This document shows positions 38,850 through 50,317 of a stretch of DNA of 64,000 nucleotides, in pieces. How positions within the stretch are numbered: position 1 is the stretch's first letter; every line of letters starts with the position of its first letter. Below the pieces are notes generated by a model. It made no database searches, had not been told where the DNA came from, and worked only from the letters and a program-made list of their open reading frames with translations. The stretch covers positions 77,115 to 141,114 of the forward strand of contig JAFGFJ010000006.1 in NCBI GenBank assembly GCA_016931155.1, read 5' to 3'. The stretch is from Candidatus Dojkabacteria bacterium. Its GTDB lineage: Bacteria; Patescibacteriota; Dojkabacteria; B142; JAFGFJ01. Position numbers and translations under genes: made by a program.

Positions 38850-40175
38850 ATGGCCAATCGAATAATTACTGCTCTTGATGTAGGCTCTACTAAGATCTGT
38901 GCAGCTATAGCTTCTGTTGAAGAAGGACAACAACCGAAAGTAATAGGAGTAGCTACTTATCCAAGTGAAGGACTCAAAAAAGGAACTATTGTTGATATTG
39001 ACGATGCAATAAATTCTATTGCGGCCTGTCTTGAAGCGGCTGAGAGAATGGCTGGGATTACTGTATCTTCGGTTTACCTTACTATAAATGGAAAGGATAT
39101 AACAAGCACAAACAACCGTGGAGTTGTCGCAATAGCACAGGATGAAATTGTAACTGATGATGTTTTCAGGGCTATTGAGAGTGCAAGGACAGTGTCAATT
39201 CCTCCTGCCAGGGAAATACTACACGTTATTCCCAGGGAATTTATTGTCGATGCTCAAAGTGGAATAAAAGATCCAGTTGGCATGACAGGTACCAGGCTTG
39301 AGGTTGACGCTCATATCATTTCAGCAACTTCTACATCTATTCACAATTTAATTAAATCCGTTCAACAGCTGGGACTCAGAATTGATGATATTGTTTTTAC
39401 AGGATGGGCATCTTCGACTGCTGTTCTTACGCCTACGGAGAGAGAGCTTGGGGTGATGATGATTGATATGGGTGGGGGAACGACTTCTATCAATACGTTC
39501 GTAGATGACGCAATTACTTATAGCGGCTGTGTTCCTTTTGGGGGTGTGAATGTAACAAGTGATTTGGCGATTGGTCTTAGGGTGTCTCTTGAGGACGCCG
39601 AGAAAATAAAAGTTAGTATTGGAGACATTATTAGAGGAGCAGGTAAGCAGGAATCTGAAGCAGTAAAGACTAGAGATGGACTTCTGGAGGAAGAAACAAA
39701 AGAAAGACGAGGTGTAAAAGAAGTGAAAAAGAAGAAGGAGGTAGTCGATATTTCAGCTCTTGAGGTTGAGGGAATGAAGACAGTAAGTAAGAAACTATTC
39801 GATGAAATTGTTGAAGCAAGGATGGTTGAAATATTCAGTCTTGTGATAAATCAACTCGAGCAGTCAAGAAATGAGTACAGGCTTCCTGCCGGGGTGGTAA
39901 TAACGGGCGGTTCTGCAATGCTCCCTAGAATTACTGCTATTGCAAAGGAAGTTTTTGGAGCACCTGCAAGAATTGGGAGTCCAAATGGAGTAGAAGGTTT
40001 GATTGATGAGATAGCTTCTCCTGCCTACGCTGCAAGCCAGGGACTTATTCTCTACGGTGCACTAGATGAGGGAGGAGGAAAGGGAAAGAATATTGGAGGA
40101 ACTGGAGGGTCAAAACAAAATAGTGGAGGAATCCTTGGTAATATCACTGGATTTATTAAAAATTTATTGCCATAA
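38850..40175 (+). CDS. ftsA: Cell division protein FtsA
   Basis: Actin-fold N-terminus IITALDVGSTKICAAIA and MIDMGGGTTS. Gly-rich C-terminal tail with a terminal amphipathic helix. Confidence 0.9.
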   Translation: MANRIITALDVGSTKICAAIASVEEGQQPKVIGVATYPSEGLKKGTIVDIDDAINSIAACLEAAERMAGITVSSVYLTINGKDITSTNNRGVVAIAQDEIVTDDVFRAIESARTVSIPPAREILHVIPREFIVDAQSGIKDPVGMTGTRLEVDAHIISATSTSIHNLIKSVQQLGLRIDDIVFTGWASSTAVLTPTERELGVMMIDMGGGTTSINTFVDDAITYSGCVPFGGVNVTSDLAIGLRVSLEDAEKIKVSIGDIIRGAGKQESEAVKTRDGLLEEETKERRGVKEVKKKKEVVDISALEVEGMKTVSKKLFDEIVEARMVEIFSLVINQLEQSRNEYRLPAGVVITGGSAMLPRITAIAKEVFGAPARIGSPNGVEGLIDEIASPAYAASQGLILYGALDEGGGKGKNIGGTGGSKQNSGGILGNITGFIKNLLP

Positions 40176-40263
40176 TAAGATAGTTCTTGTATGCTGATTG
40201 AGCACTTCTGACTTACTTCTGCCTTTTATTTCAGGGTCTATTTTTATTTTGTAGATTGGTTAT

Positions 40264-41415
40264 ATGTTAGTTAAGCCTCAGTCTTCGAGTTTAGCTAAAA
40301 TTAAAGTTGTGGGGATAGGTGGTGGTGGTGGTAATGCAATTAATAACATGATAAATAACTACAACATTGAGGGTGTAGAATTTATCTCAGTAAATACAGA
40401 TGCTCAGGCTTTAAACAATTCCCAGGCAGAGGTAAAACTCAGAATAGGTGATGAGGTCACTCGTGGACTTGGTAGTGGAGGAAACCCAAATATTGGAAAG
40501 AAAGCTGCTGAGGAGAGTGTTGATTTGTTGCACGAGCACCTTGCTGGGGCTGACATGGTATTTATTACTGCTGGTATGGGTGGAGGGACAGGAACTGGTG
40601 CTGCACCAGTTATTGCTGGTATTTCAAAAAACCTTGGAGCCTTGACTGTTGCAATTGTTACCAAGCCATTTTCTTTCGAAGGAAAGAAGAGAATGTCAAC
40701 GGCTTTGGAAGGTGTATCAGCTCTTCGTGACAAGGTTGATACTCTGATTGTTGTGCCGAACCAAAGGCTCATGGAAATTACCGATAAAAACATTTCCTTC
40801 CTTGAGGCGATGAAAAGGGTGGACGATGTTTTGGCTCACGCAGTAAAAAGTATTGCAAATCTCATTACAACTGCAGGACTGATCAATGTTGACTTTGCTG
40901 ATGTGAAAACTATTATGGCGAATGCTGGTACTGCACTTATGGGAATGGGTTCAGGAACAGGAGATGATAGAGCTGCTGAGGCGACAAGACAAGCAGTTAG
41001 CTCTCCTCTTCTCGAGCTTTCAATTGAGGGAGCGAAAGGAGTTTTGTTTAATGTAATAAGTGGAAAAAATCTTGCAATGTATGAAGTAGATGAGGCGGCT
41101 AGAATTATCTCCGATGCAGCTCATCCTGATGCCAATGTAATATTTGGGGCGACTATTGATGAATCTCTTGACGATGAATTCCAGATAACAATTTTAGCTA
41201 CTGGTTTCAGTAGTGCACAGGGAGCAAAATATATTGAGGGGATTATTCCGACGACTTCAGGAATTGCTGATTTTTCAGAGGGTACTGATGAAGCTGAGGA
41301 GGTGGACGAAGAGTATGTGCCCCCGGTAAAAGAGAACAAGAAGAAGAAAAGTGACGATGAATCTGAGAAGGATCTGGAGACACCTGCCTTCCTCAGAAGG
41401 AGAAAAAATTATTAG
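40264..41415 (+). CDS. ftsZ: Cell division GTPase FtsZ
   Basis: Tubulin signature GGGTGTGAAPVIA, the NTDAQAL segment, and a conserved C-terminal peptide DLETPAFLRRR. Confidence 0.95.
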   Translation: MLVKPQSSSLAKIKVVGIGGGGGNAINNMINNYNIEGVEFISVNTDAQALNNSQAEVKLRIGDEVTRGLGSGGNPNIGKKAAEESVDLLHEHLAGADMVFITAGMGGGTGTGAAPVIAGISKNLGALTVAIVTKPFSFEGKKRMSTALEGVSALRDKVDTLIVVPNQRLMEITDKNISFLEAMKRVDDVLAHAVKSIANLITTAGLINVDFADVKTIMANAGTALMGMGSGTGDDRAAEATRQAVSSPLLELSIEGAKGVLFNVISGKNLAMYEVDEAARIISDAAHPDANVIFGATIDESLDDEFQITILATGFSSAQGAKYIEGIIPTTSGIADFSEGTDEAEEVDEEYVPPVKENKKKKSDDESEKDLETPAFLRRRKNY

Positions 41416-41429
41416 ACAGTTCTTTGTGA

Positions 41430-42305
41430 CTATTCTTCAAAAGGTTTTGCAACGACCATAAACCTTTTTCCATTACTTCCGTCTGGATAACACGTAAATA
41501 AGGTCAGAGTTTTCTGATTGACTTTTCCGTTTATTATTCTTGTGTCATCTGGCTCGATTATTCCGGTACTGGACACTTTGTATTTGTATGTCGTCTCATC
41601 CATATGAATTATTATTTCATCTCCCATCCGCACTTTCCGTAGCAACGAAAATGCTGCAACCTTGTCTCCTGTTCTTTTATAATAATCTCCTGCTGCGCTG
41701 TGCCCGTAGATGACAATATTATTTTGGACATCGGATATTGGAAGACCTGTTCCTTTAAAGTGTGCCAGTGTTGTTTGAAGAACACTTTTGTACACCTCTT
41801 CTATTCCACTTTCGACATTTGCAGTTACAGCGAGTTTATCGAATTCCAGAGATTCTATTGTCAAGTAAAATATTCCCTGGTAATTATTACTAACAGGGTC
41901 TTCTTTGATAACGTTAGCCTCAAGTGCTTCTTGTGTGAGATGTTGGAAATACTGGGATCCAGGGTTTGATAAATACTGCTCTCTTGCTGAAAGAAATTCT
42001 CCTTCGACAAGAGTAACGTTGCCTTGTTCATAGTAGCCAGACACTTCTTTTAATCTCTGATCTATTTCTGGAGTGATTTGATTGTAAAGTAGTAAACCTC
42101 CTGTCGTTATTAGAATCAGAGGTATAGCAAGACTTGCTAATTTTGAAGTAGTAAGCATGTCTTGGAAGTCGTGCTTCAGACCGGATAATACTTTTCCAAC
42201 TGTCAACTGCTCTTTTGGCATTTTATTGAATATGAGAGGAAAAGCATTTTGTTCTCTACTGATATTCTTTTCGACTATTACTTTTTTGTATGAGTATAAG
42301 GCCAT
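41430..42305 (-). CDS. Sortase (second copy)
   Basis: N-terminal TM segment. His in IVIYGHSAAGD. TLxTC motif TLTLFTCYP. Arg in KRFMVVAKP. Confidence 0.75.
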   Translation of the reverse strand: MALYSYKKVIVEKNISREQNAFPLIFNKMPKEQLTVGKVLSGLKHDFQDMLTTSKLASLAIPLILITTGGLLLYNQITPEIDQRLKEVSGYYEQGNVTLVEGEFLSAREQYLSNPGSQYFQHLTQEALEANVIKEDPVSNNYQGIFYLTIESLEFDKLAVTANVESGIEEVYKSVLQTTLAHFKGTGLPISDVQNNIVIYGHSAAGDYYKRTGDKVAAFSLLRKVRMGDEIIIHMDETTYKYKVSSTGIIEPDDTRIINGKVNQKTLTLFTCYPDGSNGKRFMVVAKPFEE

Positions 42306-42402
42306 TTTCTGTAGATCTTTTCAAACTTCATAATATCATTCTTTCTTAATATAATAAAAAGGTGGTAAAATGAACAACTTAAATTAACCTCTAGTATCTC
42401 CT

Positions 42403-43503
42403 ATGGCTATTAGTCAAAAAATCAAAAAGCAGGTTCATGATTTGGTAAAAAAGGGACAGGAACAGGGGTACCTTACGCATGAGGAGGTACTTACGATTTT
42501 TCCGGAAGTTGAAGAAGATTTACAACTCCTGGAATATGTTATCACTGAACTTCAGGATTCAGATATTGAGTTGATTGAGCCTACAGAAGAGGTTGAGGTA
42601 GAGAGTCTTTCAGGCAGTCCTTCAGAGATGACATTTGAGCAGAAAGTAAATATTCTAAAAAAGATCAGGGCACATGTATCAACAGATCCAATAAGAGCCT
42701 ATCTTCATGAAATAGGAAGGATTCCACTTTTGAATAAAGAGGAAGAAGTAATTCTAGCCAAAAGGATAGAAAAAGGTGATCTTGAAGCCAAGGAGCTTTT
42801 GACTACTGCAAACCTTAGACTGGTAGTTTCTATTGCAAAAAAATATGCAAAAAGAGGGCTTGATCTTTTGGATCTTATACAGGAAGGAAATATTGGTTTA
42901 ATGAGAGCAGTTGAAAAATTTGAATACAGAAAAAATTTCAAGTTTTCGACATATGCTACCTGGTGGATAAGACAGGCAATAACCAGGGCTATCGCCGATC
43001 AGGCGAGGACAATTAGAATTCCTGTTCATATGATCGAAACAATAAATAAGCTCAATAAAGTAACGAGTGAGCTTTCAGCTAAGTTGGGAAGAAGACCTTC
43101 TGCAACTGAAATTGCAAAAGAGATGCAGATTGATGTAGATAAGGTTCATGAAATAAAAAGGATTGCTCAAAAACCTGCTTCACTTGAGGCTCCGATTGGA
43201 GAGGAAAAAGATAGTAAACTTGGAGATATTATTCCTGATGAGTATTCTGCCTCTCCTTCAGAGATTGCCAACTGGTCGTTCTTGAAAAAACAGGTTGGAG
43301 AAATCCTCGATGGACTCACTGATAGAGAAAAAAAAGTTCTTGAGCTTCGTTTTGGCTTGAAAGATGGAGTGTCTCGAACGCTTGAGGAAGTAGGTCACGA
43401 GTTTAAGGTTACTAGAGAGCGCATTAGACAGATCGAAGCAAAGGCTTTGAAGAGATTAAGAAACGATGAAGTCGCTCAAGCACTTAGAGAATACCTTCAA
43501 TGA
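42403..43503 (+). CDS. rpoD: RNA polymerase primary sigma factor (sigma-70)
   Basis: Region 2 [27 protein letters not shown]. Region 3 is present. Region 4 reads [15 protein letters not shown]...TLEEVG...[17 protein letters not shown]. Confidence 0.95.
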   Translation: MAISQKIKKQVHDLVKKGQEQGYLTHEEVLTIFPEVEEDLQLLEYVITELQDSDIELIEPTEEVEVESLSGSPSEMTFEQKVNILKKIRAHVSTDPIRAYLHEIGRIPLLNKEEEVILAKRIEKGDLEAKELLTTANLRLVVSIAKKYAKRGLDLLDLIQEGNIGLMRAVEKFEYRKNFKFSTYATWWIRQAITRAIADQARTIRIPVHMIETINKLNKVTSELSAKLGRRPSATEIAKEMQIDVDKVHEIKRIAQKPASLEAPIGEEKDSKLGDIIPDEYSASPSEIANWSFLKKQVGEILDGLTDREKKVLELRFGLKDGVSRTLEEVGHEFKVTRERIRQIEAKALKRLRNDEVAQALREYLQ

Positions 43504-44753
43504 TAAAAAAAACAGCTGCCTTCTTGGTTGCAGTACTTTTCCTTATTGGAGTACTGCCGGTGCAAGCAATAAACGGCAGTCAATCAAAATCAATTAGTGG
43601 TGTCCCTGCGGTTGGCTCGTTTAAAGGAGTATCTGCTGGCAATCAGACAGTTTTTTCTTCCTCCTTTAATGTGTCTTCAATTTCATCGAGTGCGCAAGTT
43701 CATTCTGCTACACTATCTATTACTCAGGCAAATGGAGCATTGGGAAATTCAACCTTTGACCTTGTGGAGAAAAGAAATGGCATCACCCTAGGAACAAAAG
43801 TCTTGTCCAACTCGGGGAATACCCATATATTCAGTGGAATCAATGATGTAATTAATGATTGGATTTCCGACCCATCTGCTAACCAGGGATTTTCCTTTAG
43901 TGCCTCTAATCTTGATGCGGATGATAATATTAGTATGACAGGGATAACGTTAAATGTTACATATTACTTTGAAGATACTGTCCCCCCTGTCATATCGAAT
44001 GTTAAGGCAAGTTCAATTACAAATACTTCTGTGAGAATTACCTGGAAGACAGATGAAGTATCATTAGGTTATGTTGATTATGGTCTTTCTAAAAGCTATG
44101 GACTTGCGGTTGTTGGAAATGACTACATTGTTGATCACGCAGTTATGATTAACGGTCTTAAGCCGGGAAGTCTTTATCACTATAGGGTTAGAGGAAAAGA
44201 TTCTTCGGGGAACGAGTCAGTTACAGGAGATTTTACCTTCACAACAACAGGGGAGAAGGAAGAAGATAGCGTTCAAGATGAAGTTATTGTAAAACAAAAG
44301 CTTCTGCCACCGAACGATCTTCGTTATGAAGTCAATGAGATAGACGGAAGTTTTGCTGTGGTTCTTAAATGGGATAAAAGCAACACTGAAGATATAGATG
44401 GCTACAGGGTATACAGAGCTGTAGATGAAAGGTTTCCTGCAGAGCTTTATATCCAACTTGATAGAGAGATATACCAATTTAGCGATAGAAATATAGAGAA
44501 GGATAAAACATATTTTTATATAGTACGTGCTTACAGTAACAAAGAGGAATCATCAGATTCAAATGAGATAGTGGTCAAGGTTGAAGAAGAAACAGTAATC
44601 AGTAAGGTTCCTATCAAACCTGGAAATCAGGCTTTTTTGATGAAACTTGGAGCGGTAAATGTTGCTGCCTTTTCACTTGTTGCTTTGGGGTATTTTTTAA
44701 TACGGAGATTCAAAAGAAAGAAAAAGAAGACGGAAAGCAAGAAATCTTTATAA
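43500..44753 (+). CDS. Surface protein with a signal peptide, fibronectin-III-like domains and a C-terminal TM anchor plus polybasic tail
   Basis: Signal peptide ([18 protein letters not shown]). FN3-like segment [35 protein letters not shown]-terminal [28 protein letters not shown]. No LPXTG motif. 4-nt overlap with rpoD. Confidence 0.6.
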   Translation: MIKKTAAFLVAVLFLIGVLPVQAINGSQSKSISGVPAVGSFKGVSAGNQTVFSSSFNVSSISSSAQVHSATLSITQANGALGNSTFDLVEKRNGITLGTKVLSNSGNTHIFSGINDVINDWISDPSANQGFSFSASNLDADDNISMTGITLNVTYYFEDTVPPVISNVKASSITNTSVRITWKTDEVSLGYVDYGLSKSYGLAVVGNDYIVDHAVMINGLKPGSLYHYRVRGKDSSGNESVTGDFTFTTTGEKEEDSVQDEVIVKQKLLPPNDLRYEVNEIDGSFAVVLKWDKSNTEDIDGYRVYRAVDERFPAELYIQLDREIYQFSDRNIEKDKTYFYIVRAYSNKEESSDSNEIVVKVEEETVISKVPIKPGNQAFLMKLGAVNVAAFSLVALGYFLIRRFKRKKKKTESKKSL

Positions 44754-45806
44754 GGATTTCTTGTTCTTGTATTTGTATGCCTCGTAAAGTGCAAGGAACA
44801 ATATAACGATAAGTGGTCCATACATTATTCCGAGAATACCGAATAGTTTTATTCCTCCAAGTATGCTGAAAAAAGAAATCAAAGGATGTAGTTTTACGTC
44901 TTTTTCAAGAAGTTTAGGTCTGAGAAAATTATCAATTGAACTTATTACAAGAATGCCCCACAGAAAAAGGATTATTGCGTGAATAGGTTGTCCCGAAACA
45001 AAAAGGATAATTGAGGCGGGAATCCAAACAAAACCCGAACCAAGGGGGACAATGGATAGGAAAATCATAACAAGTGTCCAGAATAAAGGAGCATCGATCC
45101 CAAGAATCCAAAACATTATACCACCCGAAATACCTTGTGCAGCACCAACAACTAAAGTTCCTTTTGCAACAGAGGTAGATATTGCGTTAAATTTCTCAAT
45201 AAAAAGATTATCAAGAGTATCGTCGAGAGGGCTGAATGCTTTGAATGTTGCTCTCAAATTCCCGTGCTCCTTGAATATGTATATGAGTGTATAGATAAGA
45301 AAAGTTGTTGCAATTACTACGTTTACTACGTCTCTCAGAAAACTGACAATAGTGGATGCACTGCCGACAATATTTCCGGCCAGATTGAGAACTGCACCCT
45401 TATAATCAACGACCTCGAACTTAAAATTGATTTTAAGTGAAGCGAGAATATCGTTTATTCTGTTTGTAAGTTCTTTCCCACTGTCTTCGAGTAAACGATT
45501 TTCGGTTATATATGTCTGCAGTGAGTCTTTTATGCTCAATGCCTGGTTTGTTGCAATTAGTAAAATAAAAACTACAGGAATAATAACAATTACAATGACA
45601 AATATAGTAGAAAGAGTAGCGGCAATATCCTTGTTTTTAATTTTTTTTAAGAAAAAGTAGTAAACAGGGCTGAATAATTCAACAAGTACAATAGATATTA
45701 CTATAATTCCAAGAAACGGTTTGAAAATAAGAAAAGAAACAATAGCAAGAGCTACAAGTAGAAAAAAGAAGAATAATTCTTTGACATGCATATGTTTTAG
45801 CTCCAT
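44748..45806 (-). CDS. AI-2E family transporter (PerM/YdiK-like, 8 TM segments)
   Basis: Polytopic 352-aa membrane protein with the family-typical layout. A long central loop is followed by GxxxG-rich C-terminal helices. Confidence 0.6.
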   Translation of the reverse strand: MELKHMHVKELFFFFLLVALAIVSFLIFKPFLGIIVISIVLVELFSPVYYFFLKKIKNKDIAATLSTIFVIVIVIIPVVFILLIATNQALSIKDSLQTYITENRLLEDSGKELTNRINDILASLKINFKFEVVDYKGAVLNLAGNIVGSASTIVSFLRDVVNVVIATTFLIYTLIYIFKEHGNLRATFKAFSPLDDTLDNLFIEKFNAISTSVAKGTLVVGAAQGISGGIMFWILGIDAPLFWTLVMIFLSIVPLGSGFVWIPASIILFVSGQPIHAIILFLWGILVISSIDNFLRPKLLEKDVKLHPLISFFSILGGIKLFGILGIMYGPLIVILFLALYEAYKYKNKKSL

Positions 45807-47128
45807 TATTTGACTACAACTTTATAAATTCTTCCCTCGATTATATCACCAAAGTAAAAATTGCCGGATTTTTCTACAGCCAGCCCCAATGGATTGCTAT
45901 AATACTTATCTGATTGGTTACTTCTTTCTATTATAGGTGAAAGTGATAATACAGATTTGTCGATTCCTCTTGTGATAATCCCGAGGGCAATCTGTTTTCC
46001 TCTTACAGAAGTTGGGCTTGCTGTTACTCCAAAATATGAAATCAATACAGAGGTAGACTTTTCGTCTGAAGCAGGGATTGCTCCTTTTCCCTTGTGAACC
46101 TCAATATTGGTTGGGGTTACTGTCTGGTTCCACCTATGGAGTACCATATCGGTAAGACTATCAGTATCCGGATGGGAAATTCTTCTTTGAAGTGATGCTG
46201 TAGTTCCATCCCAGCCTAAATTGTTCCCTGAATTAGGAAACCTATTGTTACTTAAAAGGTTCGAATAAATGAATCTGTCATATTTATCTGGTCCCGTATC
46301 AAGGATAATAACTCTTTTATCCGGGTCAAAAGAGTCTATTGCGAGACCAGGGGCATTTCTTATTCCTATTGCCTGGATTCTCGGAGACTTCGGGTAAGGT
46401 CTTGAGCCAAGTGGATTAGAGCCATCTGCTTGTATCAAAATTATTTTTCCAGACTCCAGGCTTTTATCTTGTGCCTCTGCGGAATTGAATCCATCTCCAA
46501 TTGCAAACATAACATGAGGTTTTCCGGAAACTAGAGTACTTATCCCTTTTTGTATTTGGTGTGAAGAGCCTCCTTCAATATTTGCAGTGAAGATTGTTGT
46601 CAAATTTACTCCCGTAAGTACTCCGCTTTCCTCATTGATAATAATTTTCCCAACTTTGTTAAAGATTTTGTCCTCATTGTTTTTTTCACTGTAAAACAAA
46701 AACAGTTCCCGACTCTTTTCAAAATCAACGCTAAAAGTAATTCCTGTAAGACCATATTCCTCTGGAAAACCAGAGCAAAGAGATCCCAGAGAGAAAAATG
46801 GCACTGCCTGTCTGACCAGATTTTCACCTTGTCTTACAAATGCAGTAATATCTCCATCAAGTGAAGAGGCGAGCATATACTTGTCATCCGGAGAAATAGC
46901 TATGCTGCTTATGGATGGAATGTTTGAAGCAAAAATCGAGACTTCAAACTTGTCTTTCTCAATTGCCTCATAGCCTTCTTTGTCAATCACATCAAACAAT
47001 TGTTTCTGCTCCTGGGATTCCACTTTTCTGAAAACAGGGGGATTGAAATATATGTATCCAAGTCCTAAGGCTATTATCTGAAAGATAAGAAAATGCAGAA
47101 CTGGAAAATTACTTTTCTTTTTTTCCAT
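45806..47128 (-). CDS. Secreted glucose/sorbosone-dehydrogenase-like beta-propeller protein
   Basis: N-terminal TM/signal sequence. The IQAIGIRNAPGLAID segment matches a glucose/sorbosone-dehydrogenase (GSDH) family signature. The ILDTGPDKYDRF...NNLGWD segment matches a second family signature. Confidence 0.55.
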   Translation of the reverse strand: MEKKKSNFPVLHFLIFQIIALGLGYIYFNPPVFRKVESQEQKQLFDVIDKEGYEAIEKDKFEVSIFASNIPSISSIAISPDDKYMLASSLDGDITAFVRQGENLVRQAVPFFSLGSLCSGFPEEYGLTGITFSVDFEKSRELFLFYSEKNNEDKIFNKVGKIIINEESGVLTGVNLTTIFTANIEGGSSHQIQKGISTLVSGKPHVMFAIGDGFNSAEAQDKSLESGKIILIQADGSNPLGSRPYPKSPRIQAIGIRNAPGLAIDSFDPDKRVIILDTGPDKYDRFIYSNLLSNNRFPNSGNNLGWDGTTASLQRRISHPDTDSLTDMVLHRWNQTVTPTNIEVHKGKGAIPASDEKSTSVLISYFGVTASPTSVRGKQIALGIITRGIDKSVLSLSPIIERSNQSDKYYSNPLGLAVEKSGNFYFGDIIEGRIYKVVVK

Positions 47129-47205
47129 GATTGTTTCTTTATTTTAGATAAGCTTCAGCTAATTGGCAAATGACATAAAACAAAAATATAGTTATACTTG
47201 AGCAA

Positions 47206-48054
47206 ATGAATTTTTTGAGAATAACTGATCCAAATATAGAATTGAAGGAAGGGAATTACTCTATTCCCCTTGGAAAAAGTGTGGATTTTTTTGACAGTAA
47301 AAACAGTTTCGATTTGGAAGGGTATCTTTTTCTTCCAGCAGCTCCAAAAGCTCTTATTGTTTTTCAAGGAGATATTTTTATGTCTGGAACTCATGAATTT
47401 TCAATTAAGCTTGGGGAAAGTTTGAAGGAAAGAGAGATAGCATTTCTAACTTATGACAATGCAGGCACTTCTGGGTTTGGAGGAAAAAGCGGGGGATTAT
47501 TGAGGGACTACCTTCCAGAGCAAATAAATAGAGATTTGCATCAAGCAATATTTTCCGTGAGTTCTTTAGATTTGTTTCAAAAAATCCCCATTTTTGTTGC
47601 TGGGTTTACCTATGGATGTATACCGGTTAGTACTTCGTTATATACTTTTTCAGGTATTCTTGAGGGCGCAGTTTTGCTTAGTCCTCCTGAAAATGGAAAG
47701 CATTATTATCAAAATTATTTGGAGGGCAAGATAAAAGACAAAATTAAGGTAGATGAAGAAGAAATAACTTTATACGATATTGATGGAAAAGTTTTTGAAT
47801 TGTCCAGTTTATTTTTTTCTGAGAAAAGAATGTTGATGAACGTGATTCCTCTGGTTGAAAGTGTTTACAGTTTTGTGAGGGACTTCGACAAAAAGGTAAG
47901 GCTAATTTATGCTGGGAATGATGAAATATTGGGAAATCCTCAAATCAGTTCAAAAGATCCGTTTTTCTTGATTAATGGAGCAAGCCACGATTTTGCAAAC
48001 AAGTGGGATGAAATGATTTTAGAAATTATTGATTTTGTAGCTGGACTAAAATAG
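47206..48054 (+). CDS. Hypothetical protein, possibly an alpha/beta-hydrolase-like fold with an atypical elbow (GFTYG)
   Basis: ALIVFQGD, GFTYGCIP and NGASHDF segments. Weak assignment. Confidence 0.35.
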   Translation: MNFLRITDPNIELKEGNYSIPLGKSVDFFDSKNSFDLEGYLFLPAAPKALIVFQGDIFMSGTHEFSIKLGESLKEREIAFLTYDNAGTSGFGGKSGGLLRDYLPEQINRDLHQAIFSVSSLDLFQKIPIFVAGFTYGCIPVSTSLYTFSGILEGAVLLSPPENGKHYYQNYLEGKIKDKIKVDEEEITLYDIDGKVFELSSLFFSEKRMLMNVIPLVESVYSFVRDFDKKVRLIYAGNDEILGNPQISSKDPFFLINGASHDFANKWDEMILEIIDFVAGLK

Positions 48055-48085
48055 TATTAGTAAGTACTAATTTATCTATAATGAA

Positions 48086-48808
48086 ATGGAAAATAATAAC
48101 CTTCTAAGAAAAGAACCAAAATCGAATACTTTGACTTTAATAATTCTTGGGATACTTCTACTTGCAACGTGCGTTGGTGCATATTTTATTTTGAGGATTG
48201 TTTTTGAGCCTGAACAAAAGACAAATAATGAGTCTCAGGAAAATAATGAGTCTCAGGAAAATAATGAGTCTCAGGAAAATAATGAGGAGAGGGACGTTGA
48301 AGAACTGGAAGATACAAAAAAGGAGACAGAGGAAGCTAAGAATTTAAATACTGATGGATGTGTACAAAGCACTGCTCCAGAAACCTGGCAGGAGGTGGAT
48401 AGTACCTATCTAAGTTATACAGCCTATAGACCGGGGTGGTACTTCAGGATATTTGGAGGAGGTACGACTCTTGGTCTTGATCCAAACCCGATTCCGGAAA
48501 ACAGTGAATATGCCGGAATGTTAACAATAAATAAACTTAGCGGGACAGTGGAATCACAAGTATCAAGTTTTATCTCACATCTTAAGGGCGGATCTACCAA
48601 AACTGAAATAACAGCTGGTTGTAGAGAGTGGGTTATTGTTGAAGGAATTATGCCTGCCAGTGAGCTTTTTGATGAAAAGCAGGTAAAAGCCGGTTTTACA
48701 ACTGCGGGTGGTGCTACTTTTCAGGTACTATATATGACTGGTGCAGAGACTTACTCTACACATAAGGCAAAGTTTGACACCCTTATAGATGTCATGGTCT
48801 TCAAATAG
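48086..48808 (+). CDS. Hypothetical membrane-anchored or secreted protein containing an NNESQE x3 repeat
   Basis: One N-terminal TM segment. The 18-nt tandem repeat encodes NNESQENNESQENNESQENNEE. C-terminal globular part. Confidence 0.45.
   Translation: MENNNLLRKEPKSNTLTLIILGILLLATCVGAYFILRIVFEPEQKTNNESQENNESQENNESQENNEERDVEELEDTKKETEEAKNLNTDGCVQSTAPETWQEVDSTYLSYTAYRPGWYFRIFGGGTTLGLDPNPIPENSEYAGMLTINKLSGTVESQVSSFISHLKGGSTKTEITAGCREWVIVEGIMPASELFDEKQVKAGFTTAGGATFQVLYMTGAETYSTHKAKFDTLIDVMVFK
48224..48286 (+). repeat. 18-nt perfect tandem repeat aataatgagtctcaggaa x3.5 (in-frame, inside the CDS)
   Basis: Read directly. Confidence 0.85.
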
Positions 48809-48811
48809 CAT

Positions 48812-50224
48812 CTACTCTTCTATTTGGATGGCGGAATAATTATCGGTAAGAGGTGAAAGGTTGAAATTATCTCGGAATTTTTTGGATGTTTCTATTTCGT
48901 TTCTATCAACGATTATCTGCTTCATTACTTTTTTAGACTCGTCACTTTTTAGATCGTTGAGGGGAATTGTTTCTGATTCATTTTTGAGAGTATATAGGTA
49001 GAAAACTCTGTGCAATTCTTTATCTGTGGCAAAGATCTGATTTGTGTTTTCAAATGATTGAATACCCTTGGGTAGAGTTGTTAGATTCATGACAATTACA
49101 ACTGCCTGAAGTGTAAAATATGCAAGAAAAAGAAATCCAATAGACTTCGAAAAGATATTTTTTGTATCATCTAAAATTCCGGCTAACTCTTTTGAGATAT
49201 ACATTATTAGAAATGGATAGGCAGGAATAACATACCAGCTGATTTTTGTCTGCAAGAGAGAAAATACGAAGATAATGCAAAGACCAATAACTGACTCGTG
49301 AGTGATTTTGAATCTGGTTAGAACAAGGAGTAAAAGAGTGGGTAAAAGTATTCCACTGATTCTGGGGTCAAGAAGCTGTTGCAGATAAAACCATATTGGC
49401 TGTGAATGACCTTCCAGCACGGATCCTGCTCTGCCAATCTGGTGATAAAGCAAATATTCGTACAAAAAATCATCTCCAAAATGGAAAAACATATAAATAT
49501 GCCAGGGAAGAATTATCAAAAGACAGACAATTGCCGGATAAAGAAAAATTTTGGCAGACTCAATAGTGGGTATCTCTTTTTTCTTTATTGAAAAAAAAAC
49601 TTTTATTGCGAGAAAGAAGATAGGCAAAAAACCGAATATGCCCTTTGTCAATATAGCAAGTGCGGAAAAAACTCCAATACAAACAAGATTTGGTATTTTT
49701 TTATAATCCCCAAACAGTCCCTCGAGAGTGAAATATCCCAGGACAATAAAAAACAACTGCAGTATGTCGCTGTCAGTAGAACGGAAATTATGAGTTGCAA
49801 AGACGCCTGCTGGACAGAATAAATATAGAGCAGGAATGGAAAGAAAAACAAGAATAGATAAATTTGCCGAAATCAGGGATGTCTTTTTTTTCAAAAATGC
49901 CCAGCATAAATATATTATTGATAAAGCAAAGAAGCCACTTATAGCCCTAAGATAGAGAATCATTGATTCCATATTTGCCTGATCAAAAACATTGTAAACA
50001 GCAATCCCCAGGAAATAAAACAGCGGTGGTTTCTCCCAGAAAAAGCTATTTGAGTATTTGAGGTTCCACCAGTCAGAGGATTTTGCCGATTCAATTATTA
50101 CACCAATATTTGTAGCCTCATCCCAAAACTGAATGTCAGCTTTACAAAGATTGCAAAAAAGGAAAACGAGAATTACTATAAACAAAATTATTGTAAATAG
50201 TGGTGAAATTAAAACTTTTTTCAT
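48812..50224 (-). CDS. GT-C fold polyprenyl-phosphate-sugar glycosyltransferase (ArnT/PMT-like, GT83/GT39 family)
   Basis: N-terminal loop signature FWDEATNIGVIIESAKSSDWWNL...FFWEKPPLFYFL. This corresponds to the DE...KPPL motif of ArnT/PMT enzymes. About 11 TM helices. Confidence 0.65.
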   Translation of the reverse strand: MKKVLISPLFTIILFIVILVFLFCNLCKADIQFWDEATNIGVIIESAKSSDWWNLKYSNSFFWEKPPLFYFLGIAVYNVFDQANMESMILYLRAISGFFALSIIYLCWAFLKKKTSLISANLSILVFLSIPALYLFCPAGVFATHNFRSTDSDILQLFFIVLGYFTLEGLFGDYKKIPNLVCIGVFSALAILTKGIFGFLPIFFLAIKVFFSIKKKEIPTIESAKIFLYPAIVCLLIILPWHIYMFFHFGDDFLYEYLLYHQIGRAGSVLEGHSQPIWFYLQQLLDPRISGILLPTLLLLVLTRFKITHESVIGLCIIFVFSLLQTKISWYVIPAYPFLIMYISKELAGILDDTKNIFSKSIGFLFLAYFTLQAVVIVMNLTTLPKGIQSFENTNQIFATDKELHRVFYLYTLKNESETIPLNDLKSDESKKVMKQIIVDRNEIETSKKFRDNFNLSPLTDNYSAIQIEE

Positions 50225-50317
50225 GTATAAATTTGTATTGGAAATTATCCTTTACTAAAAAAAGATTAACAAGTGAAATAAATTTCTACCTGCATCGAAG
50301 ATATATAAAAGGGAAAA